In this document: positions 1-10,176 of the stretch, in pieces
Layout: each line of letters begins with the position of its first letter
Position numbering within the stretch: the stretch's first letter is position 1
Assembly: GCA_016699105.1 (NCBI GenBank)
Contig: CP064960.1
Coordinates: 328,727 to 392,726, forward strand
From: a bacterium
GTDB lineage: Bacteria > Patescibacteriota > Saccharimonadia > UBA4664
DNA length: 64,000 nt
Reading direction: 5' to 3'
Made by a program: the position numbers and the translations under genes
The notes under the pieces: generated by a model
What the model was told of the DNA's origin: nothing
Databases searched by the model: none
What the model saw: the letters and a program-made list of their open reading frames with translations, nothing else

Positions 1-21
1 TCGACTCAACAGCTCATTGGT

Positions 22-249
22 TTGGCGCCGGTTGGTTATCCATTTATGAAATATGAGGTTTTCGGCGAAGAAGACAAGCGTATTGTTGCACTGCAATGTG
101 ATGGTTATAACGACGAGCAAATCGCCCGGCGAATGCACTTCGATTACACGCAAGTTGTGTCATATCGGTGTAACGCAATGTGTGTGGCGATGGGATCCAG
201 ATACGATTACACGTGGCTATTGTTGGCTGCGATGCTGACGAGAATATGA
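22..249 (+). CDS. LuxR/GerE-type HTH regulator C-terminal fragment (partial at window start)
   Basis: 'RIVALQCDGYNDEQIARRMHFDYTQVVSY' resembles the LuxR-family HTH. The ORF opens at the window edge, so it is probably the 3' end of a longer gene. Confidence 0.3.
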   Translation: MAPVGYPFMKYEVFGEEDKRIVALQCDGYNDEQIARRMHFDYTQVVSYRCNAMCVAMGSRYDYTWLLLAAMLTRI

Positions 250-271
250 GGTGAATGATGAAAGGGTTGTT

Positions 272-322
272 TCCTGAATGAAATATTCGGGAAACAACCC
301 TGTTTTTTGTTTATGATGACAT
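272..322 (+). terminator. Rho-independent terminator
   Basis: Inverted repeat AGGGTTGTTTCC...GGGAAACAACCCT followed by GTTTTTTGTTT. Confidence 0.6.
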
Positions 323-334
323 GTTGTATGAGAT

Positions 335-1318
335 TTGGGTATTTGCTGTGGTTCTGCTACAGTAGCGCCGATGAAACATAATGATGACAATCTAATTCGC
401 TCTGCCACGGGGGCACTTGAGTTGCTCAAAAACGGCGCCATTGGCGTACTGCCGACTGATACGGTGTACGGCCTGGTGGCGCTGGTCATGGACCAAAGTG
501 CTGTGGAGCGCATGTATGCGCTGAAACACCGGAAACATAAGCCCGGTACAGTGATAGCTGCCAGTATTGAGCAATTGATTGAGTTGGGGCTGGATGAGAC
601 GGAGTTACAGCGGGTCCGTCAGTGGTGGCCTGGCGCTTTGAGTGTGGTGATACCGGCACATGAGGATTTAGCGTATTTGCATCAAGGGGTGGGGTCGTTG
701 GCGGTGCGTGTGCCGGGAGACACCCGAGTACGTGAATGGCTGCAGCACACTGGTCCACTGATGACGACTAGTGCCAACCATCCGGGCGAACCGGGTGCGG
801 TATCGGTTGCTAAGGCGCAGAGCTATTTTGATGGGGCGGTTGATTTCTATGTCGATGGTGGCGATTTATCAGGCCGCGAACCTTCGACGGTGGTACGCTG
901 GGAGGAGCGCGGTTTGAAAATATTGCGACAGGGGGCGGTAGAAGTCCGACCAGGGACGTGTGTCTTTTGTCTCGAAAATGGACTACTCAATGGCGATATT
1001 CTGGCTGAGACTACCGAAGTTTTCATGATAGCGGCGGCATCGCGGAACGGTAACTACCTGATAATTCCCAAAGTTCATATTGAGGATCCAGCGCATTTAC
1101 CGGCTAATTGGTGGCGCGGAGTGCGGCAAGTACTGCCGCAGGTGCCAGGCTTGGGCAAGCATTACAATTTGTCGTTTAACGTCGGTCACACGGCGGGACA
1201 GACCGTGCCGCATTTGCATTTGTGGGTGGTACCGCGAACGGCTGGTGGCCAAGACCGGGGCATGGGCCTCGTGGGACTAATCGAGAAAGTTAATACAAAT
1301 GCCGCGACGATCAGCTAA
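335..1318 (+). CDS. tsaC: L-threonylcarbamoyladenylate synthase (TsaC/YrdC domain) fused to a C-terminal HIT (histidine triad) domain
   Basis: N-terminus carries the YrdC/Sua5 hallmarks ('GVLPTDTVYGLVA', 'LMTTSANHPGEP'). C-terminus carries the HIT motif 'NVGHTAGQTVPHLHLWVVPR' (HxHxHxx). Alternative start at M371. Confidence 0.75.
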   Translation: MGICCGSATVAPMKHNDDNLIRSATGALELLKNGAIGVLPTDTVYGLVALVMDQSAVERMYALKHRKHKPGTVIAASIEQLIELGLDETELQRVRQWWPGALSVVIPAHEDLAYLHQGVGSLAVRVPGDTRVREWLQHTGPLMTTSANHPGEPGAVSVAKAQSYFDGAVDFYVDGGDLSGREPSTVVRWEERGLKILRQGAVEVRPGTCVFCLENGLLNGDILAETTEVFMIAAASRNGNYLIIPKVHIEDPAHLPANWWRGVRQVLPQVPGLGKHYNLSFNVGHTAGQTVPHLHLWVVPRTAGGQDRGMGLVGLIEKVNTNAATIS

Positions 1319-3121
1319 AAAGCGGCCGCTTTTGCCACCGAGCGAATACGCGCGGGCACTGTGGGGGGTAGCGCAGATCAGTGCCCAGAGTGCGCCGTTG
1401 GCGGTAGTATTTAAGCTGTCTGGAGCAGTCATTAACTCTGCTCTACCGATAGCAACTACTTATTTTGCGGCTTTGACGACTACTGAGCTGGCACGTGCGT
1501 ATGCTGGTTCGGCAGCAGCTGGTCGTTTGGCCCTGACATATGTCGCAATTACGGCTGGTTTGGGGCTTTTTCAGGTAATTTGGCGGACCGTCGATAACTA
1601 TTTGCAGGAAAAGTTGCGCTATCTGGTGGAATCGCGGGTAAGTGACATGATGTACGATCGTTTCCTGGCTTTGGATTTCTGGCGGTATGATGACAAAGAT
1701 ACGGTAGACCTATACGATCGAGCCCAAAAATTTAGTCAGTTTTTTGCCTATATTTTTGACCGGTTTGCTGGTCTGGCCACCCAAATTATTACGTTGGTAT
1801 TTGCATTGGTGGCATTGGGCGTATTCTTGCCGTGGCTAGCGATGGCTACATTGGTGGCAGTGATACCAAGTATGTATGTGCAATTTAAAGTATCTCGAGC
1901 TCAAATAGAGCATTGGAATAGTCAAGTTGATACCCGGCGGTCTAAATCTTATATTGAGTGGAATTTACTTCAGCCCAAGGCCATTGCCGAGTTGCGCTTG
2001 AATAGCTTGGCACGGCATTTATTAGATTTAAGGGTGAAACTGCGCGAAAAAGACGAACGGCAACGACTCGATTACGAGCGCAAATTCCTTGGGCAGCGAT
2101 TATTGAGTGACGGCTTGCAGGCAATTACCGAGCTAGGCGCATTATTATGGATCGTTGGTCAGATCGCCAATCGGGCTCAACCGATCGGTCAATTTGTGTA
2201 TGTGCAGCAATTGGTTTCGCGGGCATTAGGATCGGCCAGTACCTTTGTAGCGCAACTCGGTACGATTGATGAAGATCTGGCAAATCTCTTTGATTATCGG
2301 ACATTTATGGCGTTGCCCGTCGGTCAGGGTGGTAGCCGGCAGTTGGCAGGTATGCCGGCGGTGGTAGCGTTTAAAAACGTCACATTTCGATATCCTCAGG
2401 CGAAATCTGGCAGTTTGCGTGACGTTAATTTAACAATTAAACGAGGCCAGCATGTGGCGCTTGTGGGCGAGAATGGTGCCGGCAAATCGACGCTGATCAA
2501 ATTGCTGACGGGACTATACGCACCGACTCATGGTGAGGTACTGCTCGATGGTATATCGGTAAGCGAGTATTCCTTGGAAAGTTGGCATGCGCATCTGAGC
2601 GTGTTGCAGCAAGATTTTGACCAATACGCTTTTGCTAGTGTGCGCGACAATATATATTTTGGTGATGTTTCGAAGGCACTTGATACCAAGCAATTACATC
2701 GGGCAATGAGGGCGGCAGAAGCAGCTGGGTTTGTGGCTAAATTGCCATTTGGTGAACAGACTTTGCCCAGTACCTGGATGGAGGATGAACATGGTAATAA
2801 GGGTACAAATCTCTCGGGTGGACAGTGGCAACGGATTGCCTTGGCTCGCAACTTTTACCGTGATAGCGACATGATTATATTGGATGAGCCGACCAGTGCT
2901 ATTGACGCCTTAGCTGAAGCGCGGATATTTAAGCGGTTGTTTGGAGAAAATAATGAAAAACGGTCCTGACCATTAGCCATCGGTTGAGTACCGTCGAACA
3001 GGCAGACTTAATTATTGTATTAACTGACGGGCGCATAGCGGAATCTGGCACGCACACCGAATTGGTGGCTTCTCGTGGTGCATACTATCATTTATTTGAA
3101 GCACAGCTTACGAAAAACTAG
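1299..3121 (+). CDS. ABC transporter, fused permease/ATP-binding (MsbA-like exporter), apparent frameshift near 2960
   Basis: N-terminal TM domain, Walker A 'GENGAGKST', signature '[13 protein letters not shown]', Walker B '[10 protein letters not shown]'. The frame breaks at an A6 run near 2960. The conserved '[21 protein letters not shown]...' continues in another frame to the stop at 3119-3121. Confidence 0.75.
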
Positions 3122-4146
3122 ATCGGTAAACTGGGATTGGTCGTGAGGCTCAGCGGATCGGAGGTACGCCCTGCTAATGCCAAGTGATAGCCCATGGCGC
3201 CAATCATGGCACCATTGTCGGTACAATATTGGATGGGGGCATAATTCATGGTGATTGGTAACTGTGCCGACACTTCTTGGCGCAGCCGGGTATTAGCTGC
3301 CACACCGCCTGCGATAACGACTGATTTGGGCTGATATTGGGTGTAGGCTTTGCCCAGGCTGGCAACTAATGTCTGACAGACGGTGGCCTGGAAACTGGCG
3401 GCCATGTCGGCTTTCTGTTGATCAGTGAGTAAGGCCGGTATCTGTGTTGAGTGCAAGCGGAAATCAGCACCAACGGCGTGCTGGAGTGCGCGCAAGACGG
3501 CAGTTTTGAGGCCGGAAAAACTAAAGTCATACGGATTATCGAGGCGGGCGATTGGTAATTTGAAGGCTGATTCATCGCCCTGGAGAGCGAGCTTGCCGAT
3601 TTGCGGACCGCCAGGATAGGGTAGGCCAATCATGCGGGCGACTTTGTCGAAGGCTTCACCGGCGGCGTCGTCGCGGGCACTCCCCAGCAAGCGGTATTCG
3701 AGCAGGGATTCAAATAATAATAAATGTGAGTGGTTGCCGGAAACGCTCAGTGATAGGAGTGGAAATTGAGGCTCGGGCTCAATTAAAAAGTTGGCAAAGG
3801 TATGAGCAACCACGTGATTGACGGCGTAGAGCGGTTTGCGGTGGGTGAGTGCCAATGTGCGGGCGGTGAGGGTACCAATGAGTAGACTACCCAATAGGCC
3901 AGGTCCATGGGTAACGGCAATGCCATCGATGTCGTCCCAAGAGACTTTAGCGGTGTCGAGGGCTTCGTGAATGACCGGGAGAATTACTTCTATATGGCTG
4001 CGGGCCGCCACTTCCGGTACGACGCCACCATAGGCTTGATGGATATCAATTTGAGATGCCACCACATTTGACATGGCGTGACGGCCGTCTTCAACGACAG
4101 CCGCTGACGTTTCATCACAAGATGTTTCAATTCCGAGAATGCGCAT
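3118..4146 (-). CDS. tsaD: tRNA N6-adenosine threonylcarbamoyltransferase TsaD (Kae1/YgjD)
   Basis: '[21 protein letters not shown]...' and the overall ASKHA/Kae1 pattern; 342 aa. Confidence 0.9.
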   Translation of the reverse strand: MRILGIETSCDETSAAVVEDGRHAMSNVVASQIDIHQAYGGVVPEVAARSHIEVILPVIHEALDTAKVSWDDIDGIAVTHGPGLLGSLLIGTLTARTLALTHRKPLYAVNHVVAHTFANFLIEPEPQFPLLSLSVSGNHSHLLLFESLLEYRLLGSARDDAAGEAFDKVARMIGLPYPGGPQIGKLALQGDESAFKLPIARLDNPYDFSFSGLKTAVLRALQHAVGADFRLHSTQIPALLTDQQKADMAASFQATVCQTLVASLGKAYTQYQPKSVVIAGGVAANTRLRQEVSAQLPITMNYAPIQYCTDNGAMIGAMGYHLALAGRTSDPLSLTTNPSLPI

Positions 4147-4267
4147 AACGAGGGGTAGTATAGCCCAGATGAGTATAAAAATGAAGCGCCCGGCTCTCTC
4201 GCACGATTGGGAGAGAGCCGGGCGAATAGTTACAGCGAGGAAACGTAGCGGCTGCAGGATGTTGGTT

Positions 4268-4780
4268 TCAGGCCGGTCGGGGGTCGAGTGTCATACTCAC
4301 GATACTGAGCAGGCTTTCGTGTTTACAGCCGGTATCGTGAACAGCTTTGGCTATTTCGAATTTGCGGTATGGGCTAAGAGTTGGGCTGCATAGGCGTCCC
4401 TGTACCCAAGCAACTGCCTGTGCGTAAACAGGTAGATTGGCGATGTTGTCAGCTTGGATACTTAAAATAGCAACGACTAGCATGAGCGCGCGCCGGTTAT
4501 CCTTGCAATATGGCACATTTGGTGTGGCCTCGTGACTGCCAATCAGTCGGCGGTAGAGGTATTCGAGTGCAAGTCCAACGGCACCGACTAGCCTGATATC
4601 AGCGTAGTTGACTACAATGCTGCAGGCCAGCAGGTCGTAATACTGTAACCTGGCGTTTTCGCCTTGCAAGCTATCACTCAGGGCAGCATTTATGGTGGCG
4701 GCTAACTGGTTCGGATTTGCCGCCGCCAGAAGATCTGTGATGGCTAAATTTAGGGCGGTCGTATCAGAACGAATTGCCAT
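4268..4780 (-). CDS. hypothetical protein
   Basis: 170-aa ORF with no recognisable motifs. Confidence 0.4.
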   Translation of the reverse strand: MAIRSDTTALNLAITDLLAAANPNQLAATINAALSDSLQGENARLQYYDLLACSIVVNYADIRLVGAVGLALEYLYRRLIGSHEATPNVPYCKDNRRALMLVVAILSIQADNIANLPVYAQAVAWVQGRLCSPTLSPYRKFEIAKAVHDTGCKHESLLSIVSMTLDPRPA

Positions 4781-4993
4781 TGTTTGCCTCTCTTATCTGG
4801 ACGGCCGTGAAGGGTGTGTGTTGACCATGTAGATAGCGGGCATGGCGCGACGCACTGGCATGGATGCGATTGTGAGGGTACGCGAATCTATCACTATAAT
4901 TTGCCTCTCGGTCGGAGATGGACACACAAATTCGTTGAGTTATGGTACGGCTACTTCGAGCGCTTGTCAAAGTATAGGTGGTACAATTAGCCT

Positions 4994-5945
4994 ATGAACC
5001 TGCTTGAGATTAAGGATAAGACAGCTTGGAATGATTATGTGAATGCTCATTCTGGCGGCCATCCCTTGCAATTATGGGGTTGGGGTGAATCCAAGCGGCC
5101 TGGTTGGCGTCCAGTGCGACTAGCGCTGGTTGAAGGAGACACTTGGTCTGCGGCGGCTCAGGTGTTGCTTTGGAAAATTCCGCGTATAAAATGGGTGGTG
5201 GCGTACGTTCCGCGAGGTCCAGTTGGTGCGGCTGAAAGTACTGTCACCCAAGAATTGATGGAACAAGTAATAGATTGGGCTCGGCAGCAGGGCGCCATTT
5301 ATGTACGCATTGAGCCAGCGTGGCGCATGTCCGATTTGAAATGGCCAGGTTTGCGGCGGGCAAAGCACCAGTTACAAATGCGCCAAACATATGTAATTGA
5401 CCTGACTAAGCCGCTTGATGAAATACAAGCGGCGATGAGTCGTAAGCACCGGCAATATTCGGGCAAAGCCCTTCGGGATGGTGTTGAAGTTCGGCGGCTC
5501 GAGCCCGGCGTCATCGGTGATATGTACGCTATCTATCTGGCTACGGCTCAACGAGCAGGATTTGGCATTCACGCTCGCGATTATTATTTGAATTTATGTC
5601 GTGAACTGGGCGCAGCCAGTGTGCTGTATGAAGCCCGTTTTGAAAACCAACCAGTGGCATTTTTGTGGCTGGCTACGGGCGGGGGCGACGGCTTATGAAC
5701 TGTATGGTGGCGTTAACGCAACGGGTCAAAAGATGAGAGCCAATTATGCCTTAAAATGGCGAGCCATTACTGATGCGCAGAATGCAGGTTTGAAGTTTTA
5801 TGATTTTAACGGCCGCGTTAGTGATGGAGTCAGTCAATTCAAGGAAGGTTTTGGGCCAGATGAGGTTGATTTTGTTGGTACTTGGGATCGGGCCAATCGT
5901 GCCGGCAGCTTATGCCTTGTGGGAAGGTCTGTGGCCGGTCATTAA
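4994..5945 (+). CDS. FemAB-family peptidoglycan bridge aminoacyltransferase, apparent frameshift near 5690
   Basis: Two ORFs (4994-5698, 5601-5945) are collinear with the intact paralog at 7891-8946 ('...FYDFNGRVSDGVSQFKEGFGPDEVDFVG' vs '...QYDLLGSPNRDKVGTGVSNDGLYTFKSKFNPEI'). The break is at a G5 run. Confidence 0.7.
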
Positions 5946-6374
5946 ACGGGTTGGTCGTGTGCTCAAGGGTCGTCACTAAAGATTAAGATGGCCCTGTTCT
6001 CGAGAAAGAACAGGGCCGGGTGAAGAAATGCCTGCTAGGTCATATCTTGCATCAGTAGGAGTTTGGCAACGCCGATCGTGACTCCGTGGATATGGCTGTC
6101 GGCTCGATACTGAATGATGGTACGGGCGACTAGTACTCGTTCGGACAACGGTTCATCTGAATTGATGAGATAACCGATGATAGATAGTTGCAGAAACGGC
6201 ACTTCCTGGTTGTAGGGGCAGCAATACACCCATGATGGCTTCATCGGACAATTCTGCTATCCGATTCATGCGGAATTTGGCCGCGGCGAGCTCGGCAAAT
6301 GTATTCATATTGCACTCCTATAGGTTGAGTAGGATGAATGCTTGAGCTGCGTATGGATATTACAACCGGTTAGA

Positions 6375-7223
6375 TTAAATGTCGAGTTCGAGACTGATGG
6401 GGCAGTGGTCGATCCCATGATGGCCTGGTGGATGTCGGCGGCTTTGACTTTGTCTTTGAGCGCCGCTGATACCAAGAAATAATCGATGCGCCAGCCGGTG
6501 TTATTGGCGCGGGCATTGCCGAAGTTTGACCACCAGGTGTAGTGGCCGTTGCCCTGATGAAAGAGGCGGAATGTGTCTACAAAACCAGCATCGATGAAAG
6601 CTTGGAAACCGACGCGCTCTTCGTCGGTGAAACCGCGTTTGCCAACATTGGGTTTGGGACGGGCCAAGTCGTCGGGTGTGAGCAACGTTGAGATCGCCGC
6701 AAAAATTGACGGGCTTGGGGTCGTTGCCAAAGGCGCCGACTTCAAGTCCCTGGCAGTATTCGAGAAACGCCGGATCCCAGTGCTGGTTACGCAACGGTAT
6801 GCGCGACAAATCGTCTTTGGCATTGGGCGTATAGACGGTTACCACGTAAAAGTTATCAAATTTAGCCGTGAGTACGCGGCCTTCGGTATCGGGGTCGCCG
6901 TATTTGTCGTCGGTCATGGCGTACTTGGCTTTGATGGCGTCGGGTAGACCATGGTTGGTCTTGAGTGGTTCGATTTTTGCTCAAAATGGCGGTACCAGAA
7001 TAGCCTTTTTGTCGGCTGAGTTGATATAGGTATGGTAGCCATCGGCGTTGGTGATAATTTCTTCCGGCTGGGCTTTGGTCTCCTGGATGCACAAGATGTC
7101 GGGTTGCTCAGATTCGAGAAAGGGGTGAAATAGTTCTTTGCGCATGACGGCACGAATGCCGTTGACGTTCCAGGAATAGAGTTTCATGAAAGTTATTGTA
7201 CTATATTGAAAATGTATATACAA
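6375..7223 (-). CDS. xth: exodeoxyribonuclease III (Xth/AP endonuclease), at least three apparent frameshifts
   Basis: N-terminus '[13 protein letters not shown]...DILCIQETK', middle 'FCGDLNVAH', C-terminus '[10 protein letters not shown]...[15 protein letters not shown]' recovered in a third frame. Three ORF fragments. Confidence 0.7.
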
Positions 7224-7508
7224 TTGTAGTTACAATGAGTGAATACACTGTTACAGTAATCAAAACGGGCAATTCTTATGCGCTGCGAGTGCCTAAGGCG
7301 TATGTGGTTGATGGCGGTCTTGCATTAGGTCAAAAGGTGGAGGTGTCGCTGCCGAAAAACGATCAGGTGCGTATCATCAACAAGATCGTGCAGCCTTTGA
7401 ACAAGCCTTTCAAGAGCTGCAGAAATCGAATCCTTTGGTGACATTGAAGACCCGGTAGCATGGCAGCGTGAGATCAGAAAGGATCGACCTCTGCCGGGTA
7501 GAGATTAA
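7196..7508 (+). CDS. vapB: AbrB/SpoVT-type antitoxin (VapB-like), apparent frameshifts
   Basis: '[24 protein letters not shown]' is an AbrB/MazE swapped-hairpin fold. The C-terminus '...[10 protein letters not shown]...[24 protein letters not shown]' is recoverable across two frame changes. Sits directly upstream of a PIN gene. Confidence 0.6.
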
Positions 7509-7510
7509 CT

Positions 7511-7873
7511 TTGGTTATAGCAGATACCAATATTTTCATTTACATTGCTCAGCATAAACTACCGGCTGATATTTTCGGTGGTCGAGATGTTGGTTTTGCA
7601 TCTGTCACGCGCATCGAAGCCATAGGCTTTGACCGTTTGCCGGTACGTGAAGCCCGCTGGCTGGAAGAAGCATTTAGGTCGCGAGAGCAAATTTACTTGA
7701 GTGAAGCTGTGCTATTGCGGGCAATTGAGATTCGGCAGATCCGGAAAATGAGTCTAGGAGACTCCATAATTGCTGCGACGGCGTTGGTGCAGGAGGCGGA
7801 GTTGTGGACGGCCAATACTGCCGATTTCGCTGGTATAGCAGGCTTAAAAATTCACAATCCATTGTCATCATAG
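7511..7873 (+). CDS. vapC: PIN-domain toxin VapC
   Basis: 'VIADTNIFIY' N-terminal acidic PIN signature, ~120 aa, TTG start 3 nt after the vapB stop. Confidence 0.7.
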   Translation: MVIADTNIFIYIAQHKLPADIFGGRDVGFASVTRIEAIGFDRLPVREARWLEEAFRSREQIYLSEAVLLRAIEIRQIRKMSLGDSIIAATALVQEAELWTANTADFAGIAGLKIHNPLSS

Positions 7874-7890
7874 GGTATAGTTGAGGCACA

Positions 7891-8946
7891 ATGGCAATGC
7901 GACGGGCAACAGAAGACGAAATTTCTCGCTGGGATGAACTGGTGGCGGCTAATCCCGACGGTGGCAACTCGTTGCAAACACGCACCTGGGGTGAGTTTAA
8001 GGCGCGGTGGGGCTGGCAGCCGGCGCAGTTTGTTTATGAGCTAACAGGTGGCCGGCTCGTGGCAGCACAATGGCTGAGCCGGCAGATTCCTGGTTTCGGT
8101 GTTATCTGGTATTGTCCGAAAGGCCCCGGCGTAACGACGCCAGCAGATTATCTGGAGGTAGTCCGGCAGACGAGTGCGGCGGGATTATTGGCAGGCTTGT
8201 GGGCGCGGTTTGAATCGGAAGTATTACACGACGAAATGGATATCTCGTCATTGGCTGAAGCCGGGCTCGTGCGAGCGAATCGGGATCCAGCGAGCAAATC
8301 GACTATCTTCGTTGATCTGAGTCCTGGAGAAGAGGCGCTGTTGGCAAATTTCAGCCAGAGTGCCCGGCGCAATATCCGTAAGGCGCAGGCTGGAGGGGTG
8401 ATCGTAGATGTTGTACCAGCGACAGCCGAAAATTTGGATATCATGTTTGGACTGATGAAGGCGACGGAAGCGCGAGCCAAATATGGCTTACGGCCGCAGA
8501 AATACTTTTTAGATTATTGGCAGGCGCAAATTGCTGCCGGCCAGGGGCAGCTGTTTTTGGCTCATCATGAGGGCGACATATTGGCGGGCTTGTTTTTGAC
8601 GTATCTGGGTGAGCGCGGTTGGTACAAAGACGGCGGATCGTTTGATCTCAAGCGCGAATTGCAGGCACCATATCTGGTGCAGTGGGAAGTTATGCGGTGG
8701 CAGATGCAACAGGGGATTAAACAATACGATCTGTTGGGTTCGCCGAATCGGGACAAAGTTGGTACTGGTGTTTCGAATGACGGATTGTATACGTTTAAGT
8801 CGAAGTTTAACCCGGAAATCACTGAGTTTATGGGCTGCTACGATCTACCTTTGGCGGGAAAACTTGCATATACCGCGTGGCGCAAAGTAGGTGAGCGGGT
8901 GGCGGCTCGGCTCGCCGCACGATCGCCGGAACGATTCTTGTATTAG
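7891..8946 (+). CDS. FemAB-family peptidoglycan bridge aminoacyltransferase (intact paralog)
   Basis: 351 aa, Fem/GNAT-like architecture, paralogous to 4994-5945. Confidence 0.75.
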   Translation: MAMRRATEDEISRWDELVAANPDGGNSLQTRTWGEFKARWGWQPAQFVYELTGGRLVAAQWLSRQIPGFGVIWYCPKGPGVTTPADYLEVVRQTSAAGLLAGLWARFESEVLHDEMDISSLAEAGLVRANRDPASKSTIFVDLSPGEEALLANFSQSARRNIRKAQAGGVIVDVVPATAENLDIMFGLMKATEARAKYGLRPQKYFLDYWQAQIAAGQGQLFLAHHEGDILAGLFLTYLGERGWYKDGGSFDLKRELQAPYLVQWEVMRWQMQQGIKQYDLLGSPNRDKVGTGVSNDGLYTFKSKFNPEITEFMGCYDLPLAGKLAYTAWRKVGERVAARLAARSPERFLY

Positions 8947-9193
8947 TTTAAGTTTCAAATTGACGCCCCGGAGCTATAGCCAATATGTGGGCTGTAGCTC
9001 CGGGGCGATTGCTAGACGATGACGGTCGTAAATGTGCCGGTATATCGGGGATTGTCATGGCGAACTCGGCCCATGGCCGATGTTGGTGACGATTGGTCGC
9101 TCATCTTGGCAGAGTGGACAATTATGGGCTGGATACGTCTGAAGATCAGCGTGGAGGTCAGATGGGTAACAGAGTGCATGCAAGCTGGGGAGC

Positions 9194-9697
9194 TCAAGCT
9201 GGTGGCAGAAATACTCCCCGGTTGAAGATGACACTGCCACCAATGACGGTGGCGCCAGCAGAACGGGCGGCATCAATTACGGCTTTGAGGCTGCCGCCGG
9301 TTGTGAGCATGTCTTTGACTACGAGGACGCATTTGCCGGTAATCAGCCGGTCAAAGCCGCGAGTTAATTTGAAACCACCATCCGTATCTGATTTTTCAGC
9401 CCAAAGTGTTAAAGGCCTAGTCTGTGTTCCGAAGCCAAATCCGGTGTAAATAGCCAAGCTTAATGCCGCCAATAGCCGGTCCCAGAATAATGTCTGGCGC
9501 GTCGTGATAAAACGGAGCGGCCAAGCGGTGACCCAATGTTTCCATTAGTTGGCCGTTACCAAAAGCCGGATCGAGATTGATATAGCTGCCAGCGTGCCGG
9601 CCAGACTTGAGTACAAATGATAGCCGGTATATATGCAGCCGGCGTCGCGTAGGCGATCAACGATAGTGTTGATCGGGTGAGTTATTGTCATCAGATG
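9194..9697 (-). CDS. type I phosphoribosyltransferase (PyrE/orotate PRTase-like), multiple apparent frameshifts
   Basis: PRPP-binding motif 'VLVVKDMLTTGGSLKAVIDAARSAGATVIG'. N-terminal pieces 'MTITHPINTIVDRLRDAGCIYTGYHLYSS...' and 'GNGQLMETLGHRLAA...' lie in other frames. Confidence 0.6.
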
Positions 9698-9735
9698 CTC
9701 CTAGCGGAAAGGTGCGTGACTATTGCCGATGATTG

Positions 9736-10176
9736 CTATTGTAAGACGATAGGGACAGGTTTGACCAGATTGGCGGCACACAACCAAAAGTCGGTCAGTG
9801 CCCGGCGAGTAATACTGTCGACATTGAGTTTGGGTAAATCACGAGGTCCGTGGATGGTCACTAGTTGGGCGGATTGGTGCAGTCGGAGCTGGTCTGGTTG
9901 TTCCACGAGCCGGACAAAAAAATGATGAGGCCAGTAGGTACGCCAGTACATGAGTTTGGCGTTGTCGTGATCGAGATTGGTATGTTGCAAGAGGCTACGA
10001 CTGGCGGCAGCGATGGGTGATTCGTTTGCCCACAGCGCGAGAGACATGGGTCGCACCAATGGAAATTCGGAATGGTGATCGGGCTGGTGTGGGTCGAGTT
10101 GAAGTAAGAGAGACCCATCGGAACGAAGGAGTAGGACACTGGCTTGTGAGGCTATGGTTTGGTCCAGGGTCGTCAT
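9736..10176 (-). CDS. hypothetical protein (weak Nudix-like resemblance)
   Basis: 146-aa ORF with no Nudix box, so the resemblance is low confidence. Confidence 0.35.
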   Translation of the reverse strand: MTTLDQTIASQASVLLLRSDGSLLLQLDPHQPDHHSEFPLVRPMSLALWANESPIAAASRSLLQHTNLDHDNAKLMYWRTYWPHHFFVRLVEQPDQLRLHQSAQLVTIHGPRDLPKLNVDSITRRALTDFWLCAANLVKPVPIVLQ

